A stretch of DNA of 64,000 nucleotides, taken from IMG/VR virus record IMGVR_UViG_3300017917_002937, positions 1-64,000 of that record; one strand, written 5' to 3'. How positions within the stretch are numbered: the first letter of the stretch is position 1; every line of letters begins with the position of its first letter. This document shows, piece by piece, positions 1-9,355 of this stretch. The notes under the pieces are model-generated. The model was not told the DNA's origin. It made no database searches and worked only from the letters and a program-made list of their open reading frames with translations. The position numbers and the translations under genes are program-made. The stretch is from a virus.

Positions 1-1956
1 ACCAGTTACATTACCTGTAGCTGTGACAAGTCCTACAGTGGTTAAATTACCACCAGTTACATTACCTGTAGCTGAAACTAATCCAAGTGTAATAATATTT
101 CCACCATCAATATTACCAGTTGCGGTAATTAATCCAGCTGTTCCTATGTTACCAATGTTTGCGTTGCCACTTACTGTTAGTGTTGCACTATTAGCTAGAC
201 CTGCTGTATTTAAGTTACCGGCATTTACATTACCTGTAGCAGTAATTAATCCAGCTGTTCCTATGTTACCAATATTAGCATTACCACTTACTGTAAGTGT
301 TGCACTATTTGCAAGACCTGCTGTATTTAAATTACCACCATCAATATTACCTGTAGCAGTTATAAGACCTGCAGTACCAATATTACCAATATTTGCGTTG
401 CCACTTACTGTAAGTGTTGCACTATTAGCTAGACCTGATGTATTTAAGTTACCAGCATTTACATTACCTGTAGCAGTAATTAATCCAGCTGTACCTATGT
501 TACCAATATTTGCATTACCTGTTGCACTTATTGCGCCACTGGTATTGATATTACCACCATCTATATTACCAGTCGCTGTAATTAATCCAGCTGTGCCAAT
601 GTTACCTATGTTTGCATTACCACTGACACTCAATGTACCAGTAATGTTTGCACCTGTGCCTGTAAATACTGCTATATTTGAATTACCACTTACACTAATA
701 GTAACATCACCATTTGCGGTTGGAATATTTACACTAGTATTTCCATTTGCTATTGATGTACCTGAAGGCAATCCAGTTAATTGACTACCATTACCTAAAA
801 TATAGTTACCTGTTATATTTCCTGTAGCACTAACAATTCCTGCTGTGATTAGGTTGCCACCTTGGATGTTTCCAGTTGCGGTAATTAATCCAGCTGTGCC
901 AATATTACCAATGTTGGCATTACCTGTTGCACTAATTGCGCCACTGGTATTGATATTACCACCATCTATATTACCAGTCGCTGTAATTAATCCAGCTGTG
1001 CCAATGTTACCAATGTTAGCATTACCTGTTGCACTTATCGCACCACTGGTATTGATATTACCACCTTGAATATTACCTGTAGCTGTTATAAGCCCTGCTG
1101 TTCCTATGTTACCAATATTGGCATTACCTGTTGCACTTATTGCGCCACTGGTATTGATATTACCACCATCTATGTTACCTGTAGCTGTTACAAGCCCTGC
1201 TGTTCCTATGTTACCAATATTGGCATTACCACTAACACTTAAAGTTCCACTATTTGCAAGACCTGCTGTATTTAAATTACCTGCATTGACATTGCCTGTA
1301 ACTGTGATTAGTCCAGTTGTGCCGATATTACCTATGTTAGCATTACCTGTTGCACTTATCGCGCCACTGGTATTGATATTACCACCATCTATATTACCAA
1401 TTGCTGTAATTAATCCAGCTGTTCCTATGTTACCAATGTTTGCATTACCTGCTACAGTAATTAATCCACTAATACCAATGTTACCAATGTTAGCATTACC
1501 TGTTACACTAAGTACACCTCCAGTAACAAGATTACCAGCTGTTACGTTTCCAGTTGCAGTAATTAATCCACCAGTACCTAAATTTCCAACGTTTGCATTA
1601 CCACTACTGCTTAAAGTCCCTGATATATCTAAACCTGTACCTGTTATTACAACAACATTACTATTTCCTGCAACACTAAAAGTTATATTACCATTTGCAA
1701 GTACTTGTACATTACTATTACCGTTAGATAAACTTGTTGTACTAACAGTAATAAAACTAAGATTGCCTGAGCCATCTGTAGAAATTACTTGCCCATTAGA
1801 ACCACCTGAAATTTTAACGTTACCAATAGCATTAAGATTAGCAACTCCTGTAGTGGTAAAGTTATTTGTAGTTATATCGCCATTGGCAAGTATAACGTTA
1901 GCGGGTGTTTCACCTACTGAGAAACCTGCCACTGAGTTTAAGGGTTTTAGTGCCAT
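1..1956 (-). CDS. Repeat-rich tail-fibre/virion fibre protein, C-terminus truncated by the window edge
   Basis: Missing from the ORF track because it runs off the edge. ATG at 1956 reads MALKPLNSVAGFSVGETPANVILANGDITTNN; AGGA SD and AATAAATA late-promoter-like box upstream; body made of ~17-aa Gly/Asn/Thr repeats (GNANIGNIGTAGLITAT, GNIDGGNINTSGAISAT). The + strand ORFs here are its antisense shadow. Confidence 0.85.
   Translation of the reverse strand, partial: MALKPLNSVAGFSVGETPANVILANGDITTNNFTTTGVANLNAIGNVKISGGSNGQVISTDGSGNLSFITVSTTSLSNGNSNVQVLANGNITFSVAGNSNVVVITGTGLDISGTLSSSGNANVGNLGTGGLITATGNVTAGNLVTGGVLSVTGNANIGNIGISGLITVAGNANIGNIGTAGLITAIGNIDGGNINTSGAISATGNANIGNIGTTGLITVTGNVNAGNLNTAGLANSGTLSVSGNANIGNIGTAGLVTATGNIDGGNINTSGAISATGNANIGNIGTAGLITATGNIQGGNINTSGAISATGNANIGNIGTAGLITATGNIDGGNINTSGAISATGNANIGNIGTAGLITATGNIQGGNLITAGIVSATGNITGNYILGNGSQLTGLPSGTSIANGNTSVNIPTANGDVTISVSGNSNIAVFTGTGANITGTLSVSGNANIGNIGTAGLITATGNIDGGNINTSGAISATGNANIGNIGTAGLITATGNVNAGNLNTSGLANSATLTVSGNANIGNIGTAGLITATGNIDGGNLNTAGLANSATLTVSGNANIGNIGTAGLITATGNVNAGNLNTAGLANSATLTVSGNANIGNIGTAGLITATGNIDGGNIITLGLVSATGNVTGGNLTTVGLVTATGNVTG
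20..1620. repeat. Coding tandem repeat array (51-nt subunits forming 102- and 120-nt higher-order units)
   Basis: Near-identical blocks, e.g. 899-1000 repeated from 1001 (period 102 nt); the 120-nt variant carries NLNTAGLANSATLTVS. Confidence 0.9.
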
Positions 1957-1989
1957 TTTTTTTATCCTATAAATCTATTTATTGAAATC

Positions 1990-3558
1990 TTATGGGGAAT
2001 ACCTTGATATCAACATCTTGTAAGTTGTAACTGCTGCTGAACTTGGTGTAACTGTTAATTTTAAAAACGGTGGTTCAATAATATTTCCTGCATCATAATC
2101 AACTTCAAAGTTGCCAACACCACCATTTACAAACAAACTAGCATATTCGTTAAAACTAACAGTGCCATTGTAATAAAGCGAACTAATTTTACAAAATTGT
2201 CTTGATGAAATGGTTGGATTAGTAGCGATAATTTCAAATTCGACTCCAGATATTTCACTAACCGGTATTGAATACAATAATTGATTCGCTGCTGCACTTG
2301 CAGTAGTTGCAAAAAATACTTCACTGGTAGACCATTGATATACTCCAGAGCCCATTTGAAAGCTATTTGCAATAAGATTACCAGCTACTTGCAATGTATT
2401 ATTAACATTATTAAATGTTAAATATGAGCTTCCAGCAAAACTTCCATTATTGTTATATTGAATTTGAGAATTACTGCCACCTGGATTACCATTTCCTCCA
2501 CCTCCGCCTGCTGTCCAACTTAAGTTTCCAGTACCATCAGTGGTTAGTACCTGACCGTTAAATCCACCATATATATGTAATTTTTCTATTTCCGTCAATT
2601 CAACACTGTAAGCATTGTAGAAATCAATGTTACCATTGGCTATAAATTTACCAGTATTCATTGACATATTTCCACTAATACTTACATTACTAGTAACAAA
2701 TAAATTACCTATTGTTGCTCTGTTACTTGCATTAACATTGGCACCTAAAATATTCCCTGTTGACGTTAAGGTTGTAAGTGTACCAACGCTTGTAATGTTT
2801 GGTTGACTATTATTTGTTACAGCATTTGCTAATGGAATGCTTCCTACAATATTACCTGCTGGAATATTAGAAAGATTAGCACCACTACCTTGAAATATAT
2901 TTGCATCAACTTGTCCACTTACACCCAATGCAGTAAGTGTGCCTAAACTTGTAATATTTGGTTGAGAATTAGCGGTGACTGTAACTGCAACAGTTGCAGA
3001 ACTTGCAACACCAGTTAAATTACCAGTAAAATTACTAACAACCGTACCAACATTTAATGTGTTAGTGTTTTCATTATACGTAAAACCAGCATCACCATTA
3101 AATGTACCACTGTCGTTATATTGAACTTGTGTGTTTGCACCACCTGGACTACCATTACCGCCACCACCACCTTGTGCTACCCAAGATAATGTACCCATAC
3201 CATCTGTTTGTAGTACATATCCATTAATACCACCTAGTATACTTACTTGTGTAACATCACCTAAATTAGTTGTACCTGGTACTGCTAAATTTGTGACTTC
3301 TAAAAAATTTGTACTACTATTAAATGTAAAGTTTGCACTTGATCCAAATGTATTACTATTATTATAAATTATCTGTGTATTTGATCCAGGTACATATGTT
3401 TGTCCATTAGAATATCTAAGATTATTAGTAAGAATAGTATTTGATAAAATATTATCATTATTAATATTAGCCACAACTACGGCACTAGAATTAATAACTG
3501 GTATGCTTGGAATACCTACACTATAACCAGAGAGTGAATTAAATGGATCAGCCGCCAT
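1990..3558 (-). CDS. Tail-fibre-like virion protein
   Basis: 522 aa; repeated PGG(A/S)N(T/S)Q(V/I)QYN..G.F.G and GG.NG.VL.TDG.G.LSW motifs typical of phage fibres; N-terminus (MAADPFNSLSGYSVG) resembles that of the downstream fibre gene; CATAAATA and AGGA upstream. Confidence 0.75.
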   Translation of the reverse strand: MAADPFNSLSGYSVGIPSIPVINSSAVVVANINNDNILSNTILTNNLRYSNGQTYVPGSNTQIIYNNSNTFGSSANFTFNSSTNFLEVTNLAVPGTTNLGDVTQVSILGGINGYVLQTDGMGTLSWVAQGGGGGNGSPGGANTQVQYNDSGTFNGDAGFTYNENTNTLNVGTVVSNFTGNLTGVASSATVAVTVTANSQPNITSLGTLTALGVSGQVDANIFQGSGANLSNIPAGNIVGSIPLANAVTNNSQPNITSVGTLTTLTSTGNILGANVNASNRATIGNLFVTSNVSISGNMSMNTGKFIANGNIDFYNAYSVELTEIEKLHIYGGFNGQVLTTDGTGNLSWTAGGGGGNGNPGGSNSQIQYNNNGSFAGSSYLTFNNVNNTLQVAGNLIANSFQMGSGVYQWSTSEVFFATTASAAANQLLYSIPVSEISGVEFEIIATNPTISSRQFCKISSLYYNGTVSFNEYASLFVNGGVGNFEVDYDAGNIIEPPFLKLTVTPSSAAVTTYKMLISRYSP

Positions 3559-3644
3559 AATAAAATCCTATTATATAGTATTTATGACTAACCCAAAATA
3601 TAAACCCACTAAAAAAATACTATGGATATCTTTATAAATACATT

Positions 3645-4010
3645 ATGCTTACTCAACAACCCAATAGGCCTTTTTGCAAGGCATGTAATATATCATTAGC
3701 TAAACCAAATGGTATAAGTAAGCATGGATTTAAAAAATGGCACAAATATTGTGCAAGTTGTGCAAAATTAGTATATAATCCAAATTATGGATATTTAATT
3801 AACAAGAAAAATTTTTGCGAGCGTTGCAACTTTATACCAATGGATAAATGCCAACTCGATGTGATATACAAAGATAATAATAAAAAAAATAAAAACAAAA
3901 AAAATTTACAAACTTTGTGTGCTAATTGCAGTAGATTGTATCGTAAAAATCTACGTGATAAACATAAAAGTATATTTGATATAACAATTGATAGTGATGT
4001 ACGTATTTAG
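3645..4010 (+). CDS. Zn-finger protein with degenerate HNH-like C-terminus
   Basis: Four CxxC pairs (CKAC, CASC, CERC, CANC); QLDVIYKDNN...NLQTLCANC follows the HNH pattern but lacks the catalytic His; TATAAATA at 3633-3640. Confidence 0.6.
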   Translation: MLTQQPNRPFCKACNISLAKPNGISKHGFKKWHKYCASCAKLVYNPNYGYLINKKNFCERCNFIPMDKCQLDVIYKDNNKKNKNKKNLQTLCANCSRLYRKNLRDKHKSIFDITIDSDVRI

Positions 4011-4384
4011 GTATGTTGCTTTTCTTCAACAATATAACTATCACTTAATATATTAATAAGTTTTTTAATGTCAGCCCTGTTATCATTTTTAATATAAACA
4101 TTTCTAGCTAGTTGTATAAATTCATCATCAAATTTTTGATACTTTTCACAACGTCTTTTAGCTACTTCAATGTCCCACAATTCATTATTAATATCATAAA
4201 GTTTTGTATATAAATTTAAAACATCATTTGACAATTTTAATTCATCAGAAATAGTTTTAAGTGTAGTGTATTCAATAATAACATTTTTTAGTTTATTAAG
4301 GTCAGTGATTTTTTTAGTTTTAATTTCTAGTATACTTAACTTATCCAATAATTCACCAATACTAACAGGGACATATGTAATCAT
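4007..4384 (-). CDS. Conserved hypothetical protein (DUF6165-like)
   Basis: PVSIGELLDKLSILEIK...LWDIE...FIQLARNVYIKNDNRADIKKLIN pattern recognised from memory of this family. Confidence 0.65.
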   Translation of the reverse strand: MITYVPVSIGELLDKLSILEIKTKKITDLNKLKNVIIEYTTLKTISDELKLSNDVLNLYTKLYDINNELWDIEVAKRRCEKYQKFDDEFIQLARNVYIKNDNRADIKKLINILSDSYIVEEKQHT

Positions 4385-4444
4385 AATATCTATTTAACCA
4401 ATAATAATTGTAAAAAATAATAAATATTATATAGGGAAAAAATT

Positions 4445-5053
4445 ATGAGAATTAATGAAATTGAACAATTAAACGAAGCCCCAATGGGTTTTATGTCAAA
4501 GCTTGGTAGAAAACTACAAAGTTATGTTCCAGGTACTACTGGAGCCACTGGACAAGCACATCTTGATGTTGGAAATAGAGCCAATGAAATTGAAAAATTA
4601 TTACAACCCTATGTTATAAGAATTGGACAAAACTTACAAAATGTTCCTGCTAGTACAATTGATACATTTCTAAAAATACAAAAACTCCCAAGTATACAAC
4701 ATACACAAAAATCTTATAATTTAAACGATAAAAATACTGCAAAAAACTTGTTTTATAATATTGCACAACAAAGTTACAGCCAAGCCGGTATGCAAGGTGC
4801 ACTGCCAATTGGTAGTACATATGGTACAAAAAATACACCCGTAAAACAAAAAGCACAACCTCAAGCAACTCAACAAGCTAGTAATAAAAGAGGCGAACCT
4901 TCACTAAACTTACCAGCACAATCAAAAAACTTAGATTTTCCTACATTATATCAAGAATTAAAAAATAAACCACTAAGCCAACAACAAGTTGCTATACTTA
5001 AAGTTTTAATCGCAAATAAATCATCACAAGCTGGTACAGGTACTAATCCTTAA
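4445..5053 (+). CDS. Hypothetical protein, possible internal head protein
   Basis: 202 aa; N-terminal MRINEIEQLNEA has (I/L)-x-E motifs like gp21 cleavage sites; AATAAATA and AGGGA upstream. Confidence 0.55.
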   Translation: MRINEIEQLNEAPMGFMSKLGRKLQSYVPGTTGATGQAHLDVGNRANEIEKLLQPYVIRIGQNLQNVPASTIDTFLKIQKLPSIQHTQKSYNLNDKNTAKNLFYNIAQQSYSQAGMQGALPIGSTYGTKNTPVKQKAQPQATQQASNKRGEPSLNLPAQSKNLDFPTLYQELKNKPLSQQQVAILKVLIANKSSQAGTGTNP

Positions 5054-7125
5054 AAGGTTGGGAAGGCTGCTGTTGGTGGCGTGAAGTTGGCTGTGTATCG
5101 TGCGTAGCCTTTGGTAATGCGAACGTCTTGCATATACCCGTTAAATACTTTTGGTAAATCCCATCCCTTTGTGCCAACATAACAAAGCGAACTTGTGTTG
5201 TTATCAGTAATCGTAGAACTTCCTACACTTGTACCGTTTTGATACAGAGTTACGGTATTTCCTGACCTGACGCAAGCTATGTGAACCCACTGATTTAGTG
5301 GCAAAAGCGTTGTCGCAGCGAAACCACCCCCATTGTAAATATCAAACCTAAGATAGCCTGTTAAGAAATAAAAACCCAACGAACCTGTTGCTGCGCCGCC
5401 ATTGGTAAAGAAGCCTGCGTCAGAAGGAGTTGCTAAAGCATAAACCCATCCTTCAATAGTAAAAGCCCCTGTACCAAAATTAACTAAATTATTACTAGGC
5501 CCAACTAAATAATCCCCCGTCCCGTCAAACGACATACTACTACCACCCCACTTGCTCTGTGTCGTACTTATCTGAGCATTCCCCACCGTCTCCAAGTCAT
5601 TCTTACTTGTAGCATCGTAGATACCGGCGTTGGTGAAGTTGAGTAATAGGGATGTGTTGGTGATGGCGGTGAGTGGTGCGGTGGGGACTGTTATGGTTGT
5701 TTGTGTTGGATCATAGACCGATGACCCATTGACTGTTCTATATCCTGACATATAGCCAGTAATTTGATGACCCCCATTGCTTGCATCGCCACTGTAAGTG
5801 CCTATAAAAAGAGCGGTAGATGCCGAATTCGCTATTGCAGCAGATCCACTTGCCGTTGTTGCATCCCTGTTTCCATTTACGAAAAGGGAGAAGTTAGCGC
5901 CGCTTCGTACAAGGGCAACGTGGTACCACTGATTAGCAACAATTGTGGTTGTTCCTGTTAAATTTGGGCCTGTCCCATAACACGATAGGATAAAGACGTT
6001 GCTTGTATTGGCTTGAAAATACCATCCATTACCAGAACCGTTACCGGCTGAAGATATTTTCATCCCAAAAGACTTGCTGCTTGGAGCTGCGGTAAAATAA
6101 ACAAACGTCTCAATACAAAAATCACCGCTAAATGCCGTTGTAGATGCGTTATATGCCGCACTTAAATAATCCCCACTACCATCAAAATACCCACTCCCAC
6201 CATAAGTCGCAGCACTCCAGCTTGCAGTGGGGTTGAATGGGGAGAAGGCTTGGACGGATGTTCCTGTGCCTACAGTTGGAACAAAAGCATTCGCTGTGAC
6301 ATCTACAAATCGGTTTGTTTGGCAAGTAAGCAAAGATGTTTGCGTACCTGTAATTGCCGAAATATTTGTTCCCGACGATTGGGTCATCGCTAATGGTGTA
6401 GACGGTACAGTAAAATTGCCTGTGTAAACAGCTACGCCTTTAACAACCCTGACGTTGCTCATGTAAGACAGAACATTGTCAGTGGTAGTCAATCTACCAA
6501 TTCTCAAAGGCTCGGCATCAGCCCCAGTACCAGCCCCGTAAGTTCCAGTCGTTGCGTCCTGCACACCGTTAATGTAAAAGTACAGGGTTGTACCATTCCA
6601 TACAACAGCAACATGATTCCATTGATTGGGTGTTAGCGACGAAGTTGAAGTTACAACTGTCTGTCCTGTTACAAAGAACTTTAAGGTGTTTGCACCTGAG
6701 CCGCAATAGATCTGATAAGAAGAAGTATATGCTCCACTTGCCTGCCTTCTTGTAATCCAAATTCTTTCTCTAGCGGGAGCATTCTCAGTTGGATAAGTCC
6801 AAAACTCAATTGTCAAGCTAACACCGGAAAGATTAAAAGCGGCGTTAGAGGCAAAACTAAGCTCAGAAGTATTGGCCGAAAAATAATTCCCCCACCCAGT
6901 CTGACTGAACGGTGAGAACGTACCCTGTGTTGTGTTGCCGTTGCGGGTGATGGTGAAGTTATTGGTAGAACCGTCTAAGAACGTATTGCTCTGTGCGCCG
7001 TTAGTTCCGTTGCCAGGAAGCAGTAGCGTGGTGTATTCAAAATAATCATCACTTTCCAAACTTGGTAATGTTATACCACTTGTAATTGTTACACCACTTC
7101 CAATTGTCAATCCATAACTTGCCAT
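5050..7125 (-). CDS. Concanavalin A-like/LamG (three domains) virion-decoration or receptor-binding protein
   Basis: Three blocks with FT(I)E.W/F...NQW.H(V/I)A.VR...L(Y/F).NG...IG...GY(M)..VR; markedly higher GC than flanks. Confidence 0.85.
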   Translation of the reverse strand: MASYGLTIGSGVTITSGITLPSLESDDYFEYTTLLLPGNGTNGAQSNTFLDGSTNNFTITRNGNTTQGTFSPFSQTGWGNYFSANTSELSFASNAAFNLSGVSLTIEFWTYPTENAPARERIWITRRQASGAYTSSYQIYCGSGANTLKFFVTGQTVVTSTSSLTPNQWNHVAVVWNGTTLYFYINGVQDATTGTYGAGTGADAEPLRIGRLTTTDNVLSYMSNVRVVKGVAVYTGNFTVPSTPLAMTQSSGTNISAITGTQTSLLTCQTNRFVDVTANAFVPTVGTGTSVQAFSPFNPTASWSAATYGGSGYFDGSGDYLSAAYNASTTAFSGDFCIETFVYFTAAPSSKSFGMKISSAGNGSGNGWYFQANTSNVFILSCYGTGPNLTGTTTIVANQWYHVALVRSGANFSLFVNGNRDATTASGSAAIANSASTALFIGTYSGDASNGGHQITGYMSGYRTVNGSSVYDPTQTTITVPTAPLTAITNTSLLLNFTNAGIYDATSKNDLETVGNAQISTTQSKWGGSSMSFDGTGDYLVGPSNNLVNFGTGAFTIEGWVYALATPSDAGFFTNGGAATGSLGFYFLTGYLRFDIYNGGGFAATTLLPLNQWVHIACVRSGNTVTLYQNGTSVGSSTITDNNTSSLCYVGTKGWDLPKVFNGYMQDVRITKGYARYTANFTPPTAAFPTF

Positions 7126-7171
7126 ATAATATTTCCCATATACATATTATTTAACAAAATATAATTATAAT

Positions 7172-7193
7172 AAAAAAAGGGACTTTCGTCCCT
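7172..7193 (-). terminator. Rho-independent terminator
   Basis: Minus strand AGGGAC-GAAA-GTCCCT followed by a T run, downstream of the homing endonuclease. Confidence 0.85.
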
Positions 7194-7223
7194 AAATCTT
7201 CCCATCCCGAATGAGTTGATAAC

Positions 7224-8018
7224 TTATTTATCTTTACAATTGTCTCCGTGCCACCTTGTATACATACCAACACTTACAGTCTTGGAACAATGTTTACAAG
7301 TTTGTTTTTGTTGACTTGGATGACGACCTTCAGCCAATCGTTTAAGATTTGCTTCGCTTCCTAAAAAGTTATGTGTTCCTTGATCTATTCGTTTTTGATT
7401 TGTTTCAGAACCTAAAAAGTTATGCCTACCTTCTTCTATCAATTTTTTATTAAGTTTACCTTGATAATTTGGTGCTTTACCATTCTGCCAATGATGTGTA
7501 CCATTTAATGCATTGATAGTGCTTGGATTGTTAGTAATACTATTGTGTTTACCGTTCTTCATTGCTATCTTTGCGTTTCTGCCGTCTTTATTAGGATGAT
7601 TTTCTAAAAAATTTTCTTTTGCTTCAGGATCTTTATTCATCCAATGTGCTTCCCCGGCAAATTTTTCTCTATATTTTTCTGGATCAAGATGAGACCAATG
7701 ATTATCTCCGCTGACCTTAGCGGCTATTTTTGGATCCTTCATTGGATTAAATTCACTACTAAACCCAATTGGATCAGCAGTACGATTCATACATTTATCT
7801 TTACCAAAGTTTTCATTTAGATATTTACCTTCTAACACTTTTAATGATATTTCATCGTCAGCATATTCTAGTATCTCTCTAGTTAAAGTGGTCTTATCTT
7901 TAATAGATGACGGCCATAATCCTGAACCTAAATACCCATCTTCAAGGTTAGTAGTACTATGTCTACCTATGTAGTATTTTCCGTTTGTGTGAGTTGTCTT
8001 GTATATAAAATGTTTCAT
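7224..8018 (-). mobile_element. Free-standing GIY-YIG (Seg-like) homing endonuclease gene
   Basis: N-terminal FIYKTT...KYYIGRHST...GYLGSG; C-terminal G(T/R/K)H(N/H/P) repeats and CKHC...RWHGDNC Zn-ribbon; own TATAAATA at 8024-8031; sits directly after gp23. Confidence 0.85.
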
Positions 8019-8075
8019 AGAGTTATTTATAATCGGCTGCGTTTCATTATATACTATTACTTATTAAAGGGCATC

Positions 8076-8100
8076 AAAAAAGGGTACCGAAGTACCCTTT
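8076..8100 (-). terminator. Rho-independent terminator of the head operon
   Basis: Minus strand AAAGGGTAC-TTCG-GTACCCTTTTTT (C-UUCG-G tetraloop) just after the gp23 stop. Confidence 0.9.
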
Positions 8101-8128
8101 GTATTTCATAAAACAAACAATCCAAATT

Positions 8129-9325
8129 TCACTGAAACGTAAGGTTAGAAACTGCTATTTCCCCAACATAATCGGCGGCATTGCCAAACGAACTTGCGGT
8201 GTTAGTAAGCTCGATGTAGCCATACCTGGTCATAAAGCTAACTACTGGTTCGAATGTTGTTGGATCTAGAACAACACCACTGCTCATTAATGGAATATAT
8301 GGGCAATAGAATGCTGCTGCATCTGTTTCACTTGAACCTTTATAACCAACTAATACAGGTTGTGTGTCTGGTGCATAGCTGTTTACAAATACACGCATTG
8401 CGCCATTTAAAGTACCTACAAACTTTGTATTTGTTGGAGCTTCAAATGTACCTTCTGTGGTACGTGCAAATGCACTTGTTGTTGCACTTTGTAGTACAGT
8501 CAAGCTAGCTGGACTTACAACTGCCCAGTTACCAGCACCACGACGAGTACGTTGTGCAATCAAGTTTGCAACACGATTAATAAGAACTGCTAAAGCAGCA
8601 TGTTCGTCACCAACGTATGTAGCTGTACCACTTACTGTTGCTTGGTTGTATGTGAACTCGATTGAAGCTAATGTTGCTAATGATAACAAAATTTCTTGGT
8701 CGATTTCAGCAGTGATTTCTTGTGCAAGTGCTGCCATGATTTCTGCTTCTACATCGATACCATGTTGACTTTGTGCATCTTGTGCTGCTTCAAATGTCCA
8801 ACGTGCTTGTAACTTACGTGATTTAGCTTCAACAGCCTGACGTAAGATTTGCACTGAAATTTGCTTACCACCGTTACCTTCAAGAGCCGCTGTGTCATTA
8901 CCTGTGTAGTAAGCACTTGAGCCTGTAGCCTGTGGTGTGCGTGAGTAAGCCTGAGCAATTTTGAATGGACTCAATGCTTCTTCACCTGCTGTTACACTTG
9001 TTGCTGCTGCTGATGTATCAGTCAATGACTGTGCATAGCGAACACGTAGTGTATGAATTTGACCAACTGGACCAGTCATTGGCTGTACGCCTACCAATTC
9101 GTTAGCAATAACAGTTGGCATTACACGACGGATAACTGGTAGAATCACACGATTTAATGTAGCAATGTTACCAGCTGTTGTTGTACCTGCTGAACTTTCT
9201 GCAAGTAGCTGCTTTTTGGTGTTCTCTAAGAGAACTCCCATAGTGTTACGACGATTACCCTTTAAGCCTTCTAACAGGGCGTCTTTTGTTTCGTCCCAAC
9301 GGCTTTCTAATAGAACTTTTGACAT
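8129..9325 (-). CDS. gp23: Major capsid protein
   Basis: GVQPMTGP.GQI, VEAKSRKLQARWTFEAAQD, EITAEIDQEI, YCPYIPL, FMTRYG motifs of T4-like gp23; AGGAG SD. Confidence 0.97.
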   Translation of the reverse strand: MSKVLLESRWDETKDALLEGLKGNRRNTMGVLLENTKKQLLAESSAGTTTAGNIATLNRVILPVIRRVMPTVIANELVGVQPMTGPVGQIHTLRVRYAQSLTDTSAAATSVTAGEEALSPFKIAQAYSRTPQATGSSAYYTGNDTAALEGNGGKQISVQILRQAVEAKSRKLQARWTFEAAQDAQSQHGIDVEAEIMAALAQEITAEIDQEILLSLATLASIEFTYNQATVSGTATYVGDEHAALAVLINRVANLIAQRTRRGAGNWAVVSPASLTVLQSATTSAFARTTEGTFEAPTNTKFVGTLNGAMRVFVNSYAPDTQPVLVGYKGSSETDAAAFYCPYIPLMSSGVVLDPTTFEPVVSFMTRYGYIELTNTASSFGNAADYVGEIAVSNLTFQ

Positions 9326-9355
9326 GATTAATTTTTCTCCTAATTAATGTCTCAC

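Noticed and set aside
20-1620. Regular repeats resembling a CRISPR array
   Set aside because: Units are multiples of 3, vary at synonymous positions, have no unique spacers and there are no cas genes.
23-1972. Three long + strand Pro/Val/Leu-rich ORFs
   Set aside because: Antisense shadows of the minus-strand fibre gene; GGT/AAT/ACA codons read as Pro/Leu/Val on the opposite strand.
5050-7125. Diversity-generating retroelement target
   Set aside because: No reverse transcriptase and no template/variable repeat pair visible in the window.
8027-8065. Minus-strand mini-ORF MKRSRL* after an ATAAGTA box upstream of the endonuclease
   Set aside because: Six codons in AT-rich DNA; indistinguishable from chance.
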